A stretch of 63,804 nucleotides of DNA, counting the filler, from Bigelowiella natans CCMP2755 (taxonomy: Eukaryota > Protista > Cercozoa): the NCBI GenBank assembly GCA_000320545.1. It is 10 parts of 10 records of this genome, joined end to end, with 100 filler letters (N's around TTAATTAATTAA, not from the genome) between each part and the next. Parts side by side here need not be neighbours in the genome. Positions count along the whole stretch, not along the records: positions 1 to 20,583 come from ADNK01003069.1; positions 20,684 to 32,682 come from ADNK01001177.1; 8 more parts are not named here. One strand, written 5' to 3'. Position numbers and translations under genes: made by a program. Positions 12,965 to 22,710 of this stretch are shown here, in pieces; within the stretch, counting starts at the first letter, position 1; every line of letters begins with the position of its first letter. The notes below the pieces were generated by a model. It ran no database searches, had not been told where the DNA came from, and saw only the letters and a program-made list of their open reading frames with translations.

Positions 12965-13526
12965 TGCGAGACTTGCGTGCTGGTGGGGCACGTTTTGTGG
13001 ATGGATGATAAAAAATATCTCCTCCGGAAGAAAAATCTTTGCTCCGGAAGAAAGAAATCATCTTATTGAAAAAAACACTGTGTTTTTTTACATGCGACAA
13101 CACAAAATAATTGTCGCAAGGTAACAAAAGAGCTAAATGTCGAGTGCGCGTGCCTTGCGAGTGTCGGACCCCGAACGCGGCCTTTGCAGTCGATCATCAA
13201 AGTTTCTTTCTTTCTTTCAAGTTTCTAAACCCTACTCCCGCAACCCTGAATCGTGACAATGTGCGAAAGCGCTTGGTTGAATGAGCAATCATGCATTTGA
13301 CGAGCAAGCGGGCGACAAAACGACTTGCTAGCTTGGCTCATTGTGATGGCAGTGCATGATTGTCACATGATGGCCCACTGTCATTGTGAACATGCACCGT
13401 GCTGGGCAGCGTTGCCACCACAACTGCACATGAATGACAACCACCACCACAACACGTGCATTGCACCAGAGTGCACTCACGCACAGCACAACACACGAAC
13501 GTCTGGACATCTCTGGATCTGTCTGT

Positions 13527-13852
13527 TGTTGCGCGTAAGGTGTTCACAGGCCGAGGCGCTACGTGCACAAGTAGGCAGGGGGGGGGAAAGGCACGTTTGC
13601 TTCCTTTTGAAGAGTTGTGTTTATTTTTATTAAAGATTATATTTTTATTAAATCGTGCACTGCGTAATCATTCGCGAAGCTTTCGCGAATGCCGCCGCAC
13701 GTGGGGCAGCACACTTCCGGTGTGCTGCCATGAGTCCCGCCGGAACCCACGTGCCTATGCTGTATTAATATCTACGTTATCTATATTCTATATCCGCGAC
13801 AACCCCTTTGTTGTCGCACGTGACTTGTGCCCGCGTAGTGGTACGCGCTACA
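13527..13852 (-). repeat. 3' LTR of copy 1
   Basis: identical by eye to 18917-19242; terminal inverted repeats TGTAGCGCGTA / TACGCGCAACA; repeated AATAAA on the element strand. Confidence 0.97.
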
Positions 13853-13895
13853 CCTCCCCCAAGTCACGTTGCTCCTTCCTTCCTTCCTTATTCCC
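13853..13895 (-). promoter_or_regulatory. polypurine tract(s) of the retrotransposon
   Basis: element strand GGGAATAAGGAAGGAAGGAAGGAG...GGGGGAGG directly abutting the 3' LTR. Confidence 0.85.
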
Positions 13896-13903
13896 TTAGA
13901 CCT

Positions 13904-16900
13904 TCATCGCTTTCGGAACTTCACCAACCACCAGGTAATAGATTCCTCTCTAACCTTATCTCCTTTGTCGCTTACCCAGAACTCACCTTCGTCCTTAGGT
14001 TCGTGTCCATACCAGCCCTCTGCATCAAGGTCCCCCAGGACCTTATACCAGTGCTCAAAGGGTAAGTCGGGAACAGCTAGGTAGAGTAGCTGATATTTTC
14101 CGTCCTTTATTTTCATAGCTACCCTCTCCATATTTCGTAATCCAGGGTAGCCTAGATAGACAATCTTCATGCGCCAATCGTCGTTCACCCTGACCTTATT
14201 GTTTCCATATTCCACATCGAACTTAGGTCGGGGTCCTAAACAAGGCATTGCTCGCTCCCACACAGTAGGGTTTACTTTAACATCCTCTAGGAGCTTCTCA
14301 CCGATATCATAATTCTTTAGGTGACTGATGTGGCGCAAGGTGACCCTGTTCCCATCATAGATGTAGTACTGCTTCCTCCCCTTCCTCTCGGTAACCTTTG
14401 CAACGCCACCCCAGAAGGGGTCTTGTTTATTTCTCGATCTCAGATTTACCTTGGCCCTAACATACTGTCCTTCCTTTAGAACTCGGCCATCGTACGGGAC
14501 CTTCTCGTCTTCGCTCTCGGTATCGTCGTCGTTGTCGTCGCCTTCTTCCCTCTCCTTATCCTTGATACCTCCCCCAGACGTGAAGGTGTCGTTTACTAAC
14601 CCTTGTATCTTGTCTGGTGTGGTGCTATTTATCCTGCTTAGGTTGGCCAAGGTGCGGTGGAGTCGCTCTACCTTGGAGTTGGACTGGGCATAGTATACAG
14701 GTGAGGCATCAATATTAGGGTGTGGTAGCTGTAGAAGAGAGGTCTCATTATCCACATGTAACTTCTTTGGTATCTTGTTTATGCTAACTTCATCAGGGAT
14801 AGCCTGGAGCTCAGACTCCCAGGTACGGTAGCAGTTAGTAAGCCTCTGCTTATATAAGCCTTTGTTCTTCTTAGCAACGTTGACCTTGATAATCTTTTTA
14901 ACCCAGCACTTTCCAGTGGCCACATCAACGAAGGTAAGGTAGTGATAGCCATCGTACTTATAAACATCAATTTGCACGATATCTAAGAAGTTCCTTGCTT
15001 TGATTTTCTTAGATGCACGGCTCTTGCTGGACTCCTTGGTGGCGACGCCTGCCGCCTTCAAGCTGGAGCACCTGCAGCCACGCAGGTATGTCCTTATCTC
15101 TTTTAGCTTGTAGGGCCAGTAGTAATGGTAGAGTAGAGCAGTGATATGGTTTTCTCCTACGTGTGCAGGTCCATGGGCGGTAAAGAGAAGGGCTCCCCTG
15201 GTCCGCCGTGGCACGTAGGTACGCCTAACATTATTAGTGTATACATATATCCTATCACTAAGTACCTCATGCTTGTGTTTGTATTTATCCAGGTGTTCTT
15301 GAAGGTGCTGGAGCTCCTCTGGCTCAGGCAGGAAGTCGCCGTCCTCGAAGGTAATCGCGTTAACCATAGGGGTGACCTGGGTAGGGACTTTCTTTTCGAA
15401 CAGCCTGCTGAAATAGTCAGCAAGCTGCTTGTCTCCTGGTGCGTAGACCACTGTCCTCTTGTCCCTAAACTCTTCCGTGTCCGCCCTCATAGCTGCATAC
15501 TCATCGTTAGGCGCTTCGAGCTTGCGGTCGATGCCTAGGAGGGGCTTGTGGTCAGTCATTAAGGTGAAGCTGGGCACCGACAGCAGGTAGTATCTTAGTT
15601 TCCTCTGCGCCTCAGTCATGGCTTTATACTCTCCTTTTGTAGGGCTGTACTTGGCCTCAGCTGCTGTGCAGGCCCTGCCCCACACCCGTATGATCTGCTG
15701 GTCTTGGGTAAGTACAGCAGCCATACCTAGCTTAGACCAGTCTGTCCATAGGGTAGCTGGTCTAGTAGTGTCTAGCTTAGCATTCAATAGGGTGTTGCTG
15801 CATAACTTTATTAGGTTATCGAAGTGGGCATCAAGGCCAGCCTTGGCCCACACCTTAGCGAAGCTGAGGCCTACAGAGTTCTCCTTCCGGTAAGCAGTAG
15901 TAAAAGCAGCTGCAGTCCTAGCGTAGGTAGGGGAGAACCTACGTAGTATCCAAGCTGCAGTCTGCAAGAATGACTTTAACTCCTTTGCATTCTTAGGTTT
16001 AGGGGCTTGCTGTAGTGCTGCTACTTTCTCGGGGTTTGGGGTGATGCGGCCTTGCTCCAGGTAATATCCACACCACTTGATTCTTGTAGCTAGGAATGTA
16101 CACTTCTGCAGTCTAATAGTAAAACCGAAGTGTGCAAACCTAATAAATATATTTTCCAGGAGGAAGATCTGAGCGACGACTGTGTTGGTACATATTATGT
16201 CATCATCCACATACACAAACACAAACACCCACAACACAGACGCCATCCCATCATGTGTGTATGCCCTGTAGTTCTGACTACTGAACGCATCCCCTGATAT
16301 GCTTAGGCCGTAAGGGAATACGACGAAGTGCCACTTCCTGTGCCTGCTGGAGAACGCGGTAATGGGGCGGGAGGTTTTGTGGATGGGTGTCTGCATGTAT
16401 GATTCATTTTTATCTAGGGAAGAGTAGTATTTGTATCCTATGACGTGTTCAATAACGTCATCTATCCTTGGTGTAGGTGTCTGGATCCTCTTTATTACTC
16501 GGTTGTGGCGGATGAAGTTGTGCGCCAGGCGGAAGAAAGGGTAAGTAGGTTTCTTAGCTAGCACATGTCTCACGTTCCATGGTGAGTTGCTTGGCTCTAT
16601 CTTCCCTTCCTTTGCCCATTCATTGATCTGCCACTCTATCTTTTCCCAGTCCGCTTCCGGTCGCCTATGTTCTGGGTCATTGATGATGCACTCTTCGTAT
16701 CCCTTCTTTAGCTCGATCTTTACTGGGGTAAGCTTGCTGGAGGGCTTCGTCGTCGGCTTGGTGATGTCAGAGTACTTCTCGTTTAATATTTTATTAATGT
16801 ACTTTTTGCCTTTGTCGATATCCCAATCATCAGCTGGGGGGGTCTTGTCCAGTAGCTCCGTTATCTGTCGGATGGTCTTGCCGGGGTTCTTCTTCCGTAG

Positions 16901-18877
16901 CTCGGTAGGTGTAGGTAGCTTGTTGTCCGCTAGGTCCATAAACTCTAACGCATTAACGCTTGACTCAGAGGTCCACTCGTCAAGCCGTATCATGTTCTGG
17001 CTGATGGTCCTGCCTGACTTCTTTGGCAACTTAGCAAAGTATATCTTGTGATTGTAGAATGATATGATCCCCCCTAATTTTTCTAGGGCATCCTGTCCGA
17101 GGAGTAGTTCCATGGATAAAGTCATGGCTACTCGGGTCTTGATTTGGGTCTCCGCGTCGCTGCCAGGTATCTGTAGCTTTAGCATTAGCTCACCGACGGT
17201 CTTCATGGAAGAGCTTCCGTCTGCTTGAGCATATTTACGTTCTTTCTTAGTCACTTGATCCAATAGTCCTAACCTTCTTACTGTGCTTAGGCTTATGAAG
17301 GACTTCGGCATGCTGCCACTATCCCAAAGGGCAGGTAGTTTCTTGTAGTCTCCGTAGCTGTCTTTAACTTTAACCTTGGTCATAGCAACTTTGATAGTCC
17401 TGTTAGCGTCTTCGTCATTAATGTTGCATACTCCTAAGTTCTTTATGTCGTCTAGGGTCATGGGCTTGTCTTGGTCCTGCGTTGCTGGTACTGCTGTCTT
17501 CGTCGGCGCCTGCTTAAGGTGATCTAATATTCCGTTTATCTGCTGCTGTATAGCATTGATACTGTTCTGCTTTTTGTTCTTATATTTATTGTTCTTCCCG
17601 TTGTTGCTGCCTTGCCATTTGCTGTTGTTATATCCTTGTCCTCTGCCTTTCTTTCTCTTTAACTTCTCGTAGTGTTCGTTGAGCTGCCTGATCGTCATCC
17701 TGGGTCGTCCTTCTTTCCTGTCTCTGCAGTCTTTAGCGGTGTGTTTCCCTTTACGTGAGCAGTATCCGCAACGTCGGTTACCTTCCCTGTCCTTGTACCA
17801 GTCTCGCTGCGGCTTAATAGCGTTAATGTTTCCTATGCCAGGTACCTTAGGGCTGGTAAACTTGCGGTCCTGCTCCTGCTCGCGTAGGGATATAGCCTGC
17901 ACTGCTGCCTCCATCGTGGTGTAGCCTTTCTCCGTAACGTAAGTGGATTCCTTTATCTTTAACTTGAACTCTTCAAACCTTGCCTGATCATCACCTGTGT
18001 TGTAATTAAAATCATGTAGTTCGTCGATCATATCCTGGAAGCGCGTGGCAAAGTCTCTAACAGGTTCTCTCTCATGCTGCATCATTGCTCTGTATTTTCT
18101 AATAGCCTGGGGTAGGGAGTTAGCATCCTGTTCATTTACAAAAGCCTTCATTATCGCCTCAACGTCTCGTAGCCCACTAACTGTAGTGTGTATTTTCTCT
18201 AGCTGCCTGATCCGGGTCCTGCCTGTCTCGTAAAGGTCCATGGCTTGCTTTATTATAGCTAGCCATTTGAGCTTGTCGTTTTCGGTGGGGTTAGGGGTAA
18301 AGTCGCAGAGTATACTCCTAGCGTTCTTCCACCACCTCCTTGCCTCACCTCTTTTCCCGTTGTATTTCGTTATCATAACCGGTGCTGTTTTAACAGACAT
18401 GAACTGGGTGTTCCGCTGTACCGGCTGCTGCTGCTTGACGGTGCTCTGGGTCGTCCCCCGCGAGGCGCCCAGACCCCCGTCGTTCCTAAACAAAGCTGCC
18501 CACTCTGGAGGTAAGTCTGCTTCGTAATCCATGATGTCCTGCATGATAGCTGCCCAAACATCATGTGTCTGATACTTGTATTCTATCGATACTTTCAGTT
18601 TGGCGTAGTTGCTCGCCCTGGGTCGCAAGGCTCGTAATGCCATTACGACCTTCTTGCTTTCGGCGGCCACGTCCTCGTCGTCCGCCTCGTAGAAGTTCTC
18701 CAGTGCCTCTGCTGCTGCATCTGCTTTCTTAATCCCGGGTGCTGGTCCCGGCGGTGCCTGTGGAGGTGTTCCTCCTCCTTCCTTAGCGTCCGTATCGCCC
18801 TTCCTTTCCTGTTTCTGCTCGTGCCCTTGCACGGCCTGCGAGCCAAAGTCCTGCTGTTCTTCTAGCTGCTGTGACAT
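13904..18877 (-). CDS. Gag-Pol polyprotein (Gag with Zn knuckle, aspartic protease, RT, RNase H, integrase, SH3-like domain, C-terminal DAM-methyltransferase-like domain)
   Basis: 1657-aa ORF; CGYCSRKGKHTAKDC, LWDSGS...LLLGQDAL, FPYGL, YVDD, WTDWS...TDHKPL...LADYFSR, QIDV...HVDNE...SNSKVERLHRTL. Confidence 0.96.
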   Translation of the reverse strand: MSQQLEEQQDFGSQAVQGHEQKQERKGDTDAKEGGGTPPQAPPGPAPGIKKADAAAEALENFYEADDEDVAAESKKVVMALRALRPRASNYAKLKVSIEYKYQTHDVWAAIMQDIMDYEADLPPEWAALFRNDGGLGASRGTTQSTVKQQQPVQRNTQFMSVKTAPVMITKYNGKRGEARRWWKNARSILCDFTPNPTENDKLKWLAIIKQAMDLYETGRTRIRQLEKIHTTVSGLRDVEAIMKAFVNEQDANSLPQAIRKYRAMMQHEREPVRDFATRFQDMIDELHDFNYNTGDDQARFEEFKLKIKESTYVTEKGYTTMEAAVQAISLREQEQDRKFTSPKVPGIGNINAIKPQRDWYKDREGNRRCGYCSRKGKHTAKDCRDRKEGRPRMTIRQLNEHYEKLKRKKGRGQGYNNSKWQGSNNGKNNKYKNKKQNSINAIQQQINGILDHLKQAPTKTAVPATQDQDKPMTLDDIKNLGVCNINDEDANRTIKVAMTKVKVKDSYGDYKKLPALWDSGSMPKSFISLSTVRRLGLLDQVTKKERKYAQADGSSSMKTVGELMLKLQIPGSDAETQIKTRVAMTLSMELLLGQDALEKLGGIISFYNHKIYFAKLPKKSGRTISQNMIRLDEWTSESSVNALEFMDLADNKLPTPTELRKKNPGKTIRQITELLDKTPPADDWDIDKGKKYINKILNEKYSDITKPTTKPSSKLTPVKIELKKGYEECIINDPEHRRPEADWEKIEWQINEWAKEGKIEPSNSPWNVRHVLAKKPTYPFFRLAHNFIRHNRVIKRIQTPTPRIDDVIEHVIGYKYYSSLDKNESYMQTPIHKTSRPITAFSSRHRKWHFVVFPYGLSISGDAFSSQNYRAYTHDGMASVLWVFVFVYVDDDIICTNTVVAQIFLLENIFIRFAHFGFTIRLQKCTFLATRIKWCGYYLEQGRITPNPEKVAALQQAPKPKNAKELKSFLQTAAWILRRFSPTYARTAAAFTTAYRKENSVGLSFAKVWAKAGLDAHFDNLIKLCSNTLLNAKLDTTRPATLWTDWSKLGMAAVLTQDQQIIRVWGRACTAAEAKYSPTKGEYKAMTEAQRKLRYYLLSVPSFTLMTDHKPLLGIDRKLEAPNDEYAAMRADTEEFRDKRTVVYAPGDKQLADYFSRLFEKKVPTQVTPMVNAITFEDGDFLPEPEELQHLQEHLDKYKHKHEVLSDRIYVYTNNVRRTYVPRRTRGALLFTAHGPAHVGENHITALLYHYYWPYKLKEIRTYLRGCRCSSLKAAGVATKESSKSRASKKIKARNFLDIVQIDVYKYDGYHYLTFVDVATGKCWVKKIIKVNVAKKNKGLYKQRLTNCYRTWESELQAIPDEVSINKIPKKLHVDNETSLLQLPHPNIDASPVYYAQSNSKVERLHRTLANLSRINSTTPDKIQGLVNDTFTSGGGIKDKEREEGDDNDDDTESEDEKVPYDGRVLKEGQYVRAKVNLRSRNKQDPFWGGVAKVTERKGRKQYYIYDGNRVTLRHISHLKNYDIGEKLLEDVKVNPTVWERAMPCLGPRPKFDVEYGNNKVRVNDDWRMKIVYLGYPGLRNMERVAMKIKDGKYQLLYLAVPDLPFEHWYKVLGDLDAEGWYGHEPKDEGEFWVSDKGDKVREESITWWLVKFRKR

Positions 18878-18893
18878 TGTTAGTCAAATCGTT

Positions 18894-18911
18894 TCCCGTG
18901 TGTGGAAGCCA
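18894..18911 (-). promoter_or_regulatory. primer-binding site (tRNA-Glu-like)
   Basis: TGGCTTCCACACACGGGA starts 5 nt (ACCTT) after the 5' LTR; its complement ends ...TGTGGAAG-CCA. Confidence 0.7.
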
Positions 18912-18916
18912 AAGGT

Positions 18917-19242
18917 TGTTGCGCGTAAGGTGTTCACAGGCCGAGGCGCTACGTGCACAAGTAGGCAGGGGGGGGGAAAGGCACGTTTGCTTCCTTTTGA
19001 AGAGTTGTGTTTATTTTTATTAAAGATTATATTTTTATTAAATCGTGCACTGCGTAATCATTCGCGAAGCTTTCGCGAATGCCGCCGCACGTGGGGCAGC
19101 ACACTTCCGGTGTGCTGCCATGAGTCCCGCCGGAACCCACGTGCCTATGCTGTATTAATATCTACGTTATCTATATTCTATATCCGCGACAACCCCTTTG
19201 TTGTCGCACGTGACTTGTGCCCGCGTAGTGGTACGCGCTACA
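18917..19242 (-). repeat. 5' LTR of copy 1
   Basis: direct repeat of 13527-13852. Confidence 0.97.
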
Positions 19243-19864
19243 CTGTCTGCATCAGCTGGCACGTGTGTGCGATGCCATGTCATTCACTTCCATCGAAAGA
19301 AAAACAGAAAAGACGTCAAATTGTGAATGGCTGGGCATGCATGTGTCGATGTCGGTGATTCTTTGCAGGCGGTGCTGCACAGTCACACGCCCTGGCTGTC
19401 CATGACATCGTGCACATGTCTCATGCATTGCACAGCATGCACATGTGATTGTGCATGCGTTGCATCACACAGTGTCCATGGTGTGCGCGCTTGCGCATTT
19501 GCATGCACATCTAGACAACACAAGCGTGAACTAGGGGGTGTGCGCACATGCACATACGCCATCGAGTGGTGTGGTCACTTCCTACAGACCGCTGGTAAAA
19601 ATTGCGTCAATTTGATGCTTGTTCACTTTGCAAGTGCACGCATGATGATCTGCGTCCATTGAATCGAATCTATCTAGCTTTGACGAGGTTGTGGCTTTAT
19701 CATATCAACGGGAGCTTGCCTGACGTACCTGTCGCGTACAACAAATTGGGATAGAGCGTGAAGAAAATGATGGCAGGCATCGAAGAGCACATTAATTGCT
19801 TTCTCACGAACGGATTGTGTCTCCCATTGGGAAAGATCAAGTATTATGTATTATGTATATCACA

Positions 19865-19909
<45 letters not shown>

Positions 19910-20030
19910 TGCAAAACAGAAATATAGTGGTAGAAGAAAGGGAAAAACCGCTTACGATAAGGCTTTGCAAAGAAAAAGAGAGATGATTATTTATATGAAA
20001 CAACTCCCTCTGCTAGTATCTCTTTGTATT

Positions 20031-20075
<45 letters not shown>

Positions 20076-20375
20076 AAGACACTTCCGAGATTTTATGCAC
20101 AATATATTTGACTAAAATAATATATTACTGAGTATCTATGTGTGTGTGTGTGGGTGTGTGTGTCATGCATGATCAGATATGTTGCGTGCATTATTATGTC
20201 TGTCTGTGCATGTGTGTATATGTGCGTCTGTGTGTCTCGTGTGTTGTATGTGTGCAGCATAGCAATGGTCTATTCAACAAGGTACTGCATACAGCGTAGC
20301 TTCCGAGCCACCATCAGCAGAAAGAACGACTGATTCACCCTCAGCGTGGCGAACCCATGCCCTGTATATATATTA

Positions 20376-20460
<85 letters not shown>

Positions 20461-20583
20461 CTGTGACAAAATCTCCCTATCTTTCTGAGCTCGATGCGGG
20501 GGGCGCGAGCAAAAAGATAAGTGGGGGGAGGGAGAGGACGCACAAGCACTTACATGCATTATTCACACGCACACCACACACAC

Positions 20584-20683
20584 NNNNNNNNNNNNNNNNN
20601 NNNNNNNNNNNNNNNNNNNNNNNNNNNTTAATTAATTAANNNNNNNNNNNNNNNNNNNNNNNNNNNNNNNNNNNNNNNNNNNN
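20584..20683. other. artificial contig spacer (also 32683-32782, 44012-44111, 49537-49636, 51466-51565, 54025-54124, 57359-57458, 59275-59374, 62059-62158)
   Basis: exactly 44 N + TTAATTAATTAA (stops in all six frames) + 44 N, nine times. Confidence 0.99.
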
Positions 20684-21124
20684 ACCGGTGTAGCATGGAC
20701 GGTTAAAGGTGAGGGGGGGGGGGGGGGGGGGGGGCTTTAGAAATTCAAAGGCCGTCCTCATGTTTTCTTCTCATTCACCCTATATCACCATATCTGATAT
20801 CATCTAATTGCTATCGTCTTTATCAAAGTCATCGTCATCTTTATCGTTATCTTCTTCTTCTTTCATTCGTTTGGGGTTGTCCCCCCCCCCTCCCCTCGCC
20901 GTCCCTCACTCCATTCGTAGGAAAACTCAACGATAGAATACGGCAAATGAAAAAAAGGAAGGTTGGTGGGTTGGTGGTGGTGATGATGACGCTGATCATG
21001 ATGATGACGATGGTAATGATGATGAGGATATGTCGCATGTAGACCAACGCACTCGTGCGTGCATCAAGTGATAAAAACGACGTATTTTTACAAGTTTGGG
21101 TGTTTACTTTGTACTCATTATCAG

Positions 21125-21270
21125 CTCTTTGCTTTGGAAAAGCTAGCTTGCGGAGCTTGTGCAGGTATATCATAACCCCGTGTTTGTAGCTGCTCTCTTT
21201 CAATCACACACACACACACACACACACACATTTTATGTATCGAAATTAATATGAACATGTTATAAATAAA

Positions 21271-21315
<45 letters not shown>

Positions 21316-21620
21316 CAGGACTAATAGCCCAAGGCATGACTTATCCCCTGGAGATGGTACTGTTACTGTTATTGTTGTTGTTGTTGTTGTTATGACCATC
21401 ACCGGCATCGCTACAGCTATACAAGTCATCGTAGTCGTTGTTGCGGGACCATTGGATTAGATTCTGTGCGTGTGTGCGTGTATGCGAATATGCTCAGGTT
21501 CGACGCCGAATGCAGATGCCGACGAGTGACAAGCTAGGTGCTTTGTTTAACGTTGTTTTAGTTAGGTTTTTGCTGGATTTATTTATTTATCTAAGTATTG
21601 AAAAAATTATGATTATGTAA

Positions 21621-21660
<40 letters not shown>

Positions 21661-21661
21661 T

Positions 21662-21695
<34 letters not shown>

Positions 21696-22146
21696 TTGCG
21701 ATGAGTGTGATATACTTTGCTTGTGGTCATGGCAATCATCCTTGGCCATAGCACGTCCTCAATCGTCTAAAAGCAGCAGCAGCAGCAGCAGCTGTAGAAG
21801 GGTAGATAGGATACCGTTGTTGATGGCGGTGTCGGTAAATCCCATCCTCCTCCTCCTCCTCTTCCCCCCCTCCTCCTTGTGTACTGAAATGACCTCGTTG
21901 GATGAATAGGGAACTCTAGTGTGCGCAATACCCTTCAAACGCTCGTCAGGAAAGGTACATTTCATGGGCGATGCGTGCATCCAGAGTCTTTATCGATTCG
22001 TCGCCATCACCGTCACCATCGCCACCGCCGCCATCACCATCTCGTTCTTATCATACGAGTACTGAAAGATATAACTGTTGGAAGCTTTTTGTTGTACGTC
22101 TACTTCTGAAAATGAGAAGTATATTAATGTTCAGATATTTTATATA

Positions 22147-22179
<33 letters not shown>

Positions 22180-22710
22180 AATATATATATAATATTATAT
22201 TTTTGTAAATATATATATATATATTAATTATAAATAATATAAATCTATTTTACATGTTCGTACGGAACATGTTTGTTGTCATGCTGGTGTCATAACCTAT
22301 TGTAAAAGACTGAAAATCTCTTATATCTATTCAGAGGGTTTCGCGGGCCTCTTTAAGGGCTTTAGTCTGAACGTCATCAAGGGTCCGATTGCTATTGGTA
22401 ATCTGAGTATTGGATACGACAACGCACATCTGTCTGTCCTGCATTTCTCGCGTTTTTATAGGTGTTGTTTTGTGCTAGTGGTGGTGGAGAGGCGATGTTT
22501 GTGCGTCGTGTCATGCCATACAAGCTGGCGTTGTTTTGTTGATTCTCTCCGAATATGAGGAGACTAGTGTTGATTGAGTAGTTCCCAAATATGGTTTGTT
22601 TGGTGTGCTGCTGCTGCTGCTGCTGCTGCTACCTACCAGGCATATCGTTTGCGACGTTCGATACACTGAAAGAATGGTTCCGTCTAGACCCGCCGATGAG
22701 GCACCGATGA
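21125..22710 (+). CDS. mitochondrial carrier family protein (SLC25A42/CoA-carrier-like), 3' exons
   Basis: LEKLACGACAG/LIAQGMTYPLEM/VRRRMQ (PX[DE]XX[RK]X[RK] signature), EGFAGLFKGFSLNVIKGPIAIG/ISFATFDTLK; stop 22708-22710. Confidence 0.85.

Larger units (their letters stand above)
13527..19242 (-). mobile_element. intact Ty3/gypsy-type LTR retrotransposon (copy 1)
   Basis: two identical 326-bp LTRs (TG...CA), 4-bp TSD CTGT (13523-13526 and 19243-19246), PBS, PPT, single gag-pol ORF in PR-RT-RH-IN order. Confidence 0.97.

Noticed and set aside
13519-13526. 8-bp TSD (CTGTCTGT vs CTGTCTGC)
   Set aside because: Imperfect; only the 4-bp CTGT is exact and the site is locally repetitive.
13690-13760. 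Hammerhead ribozyme (retrozyme-like) in the LTR junction
   Set aside because: No CUGANGA...GAAA core found on either strand.
18900-19358. Repeated ORF ...VVARKVFTGRGATC... (also 13456, 31766, 43629)
   Set aside because: Antisense translation of the LTR; non-ATG starts and flank-dependent ends.
20584-20683. TTAATTAATTAA palindromes within N runs as a biological repeat
   Set aside because: Fixed 44N+12+44N format with six-frame stops; an assembly linker. Adjacency across linkers is not evidence of true distance.
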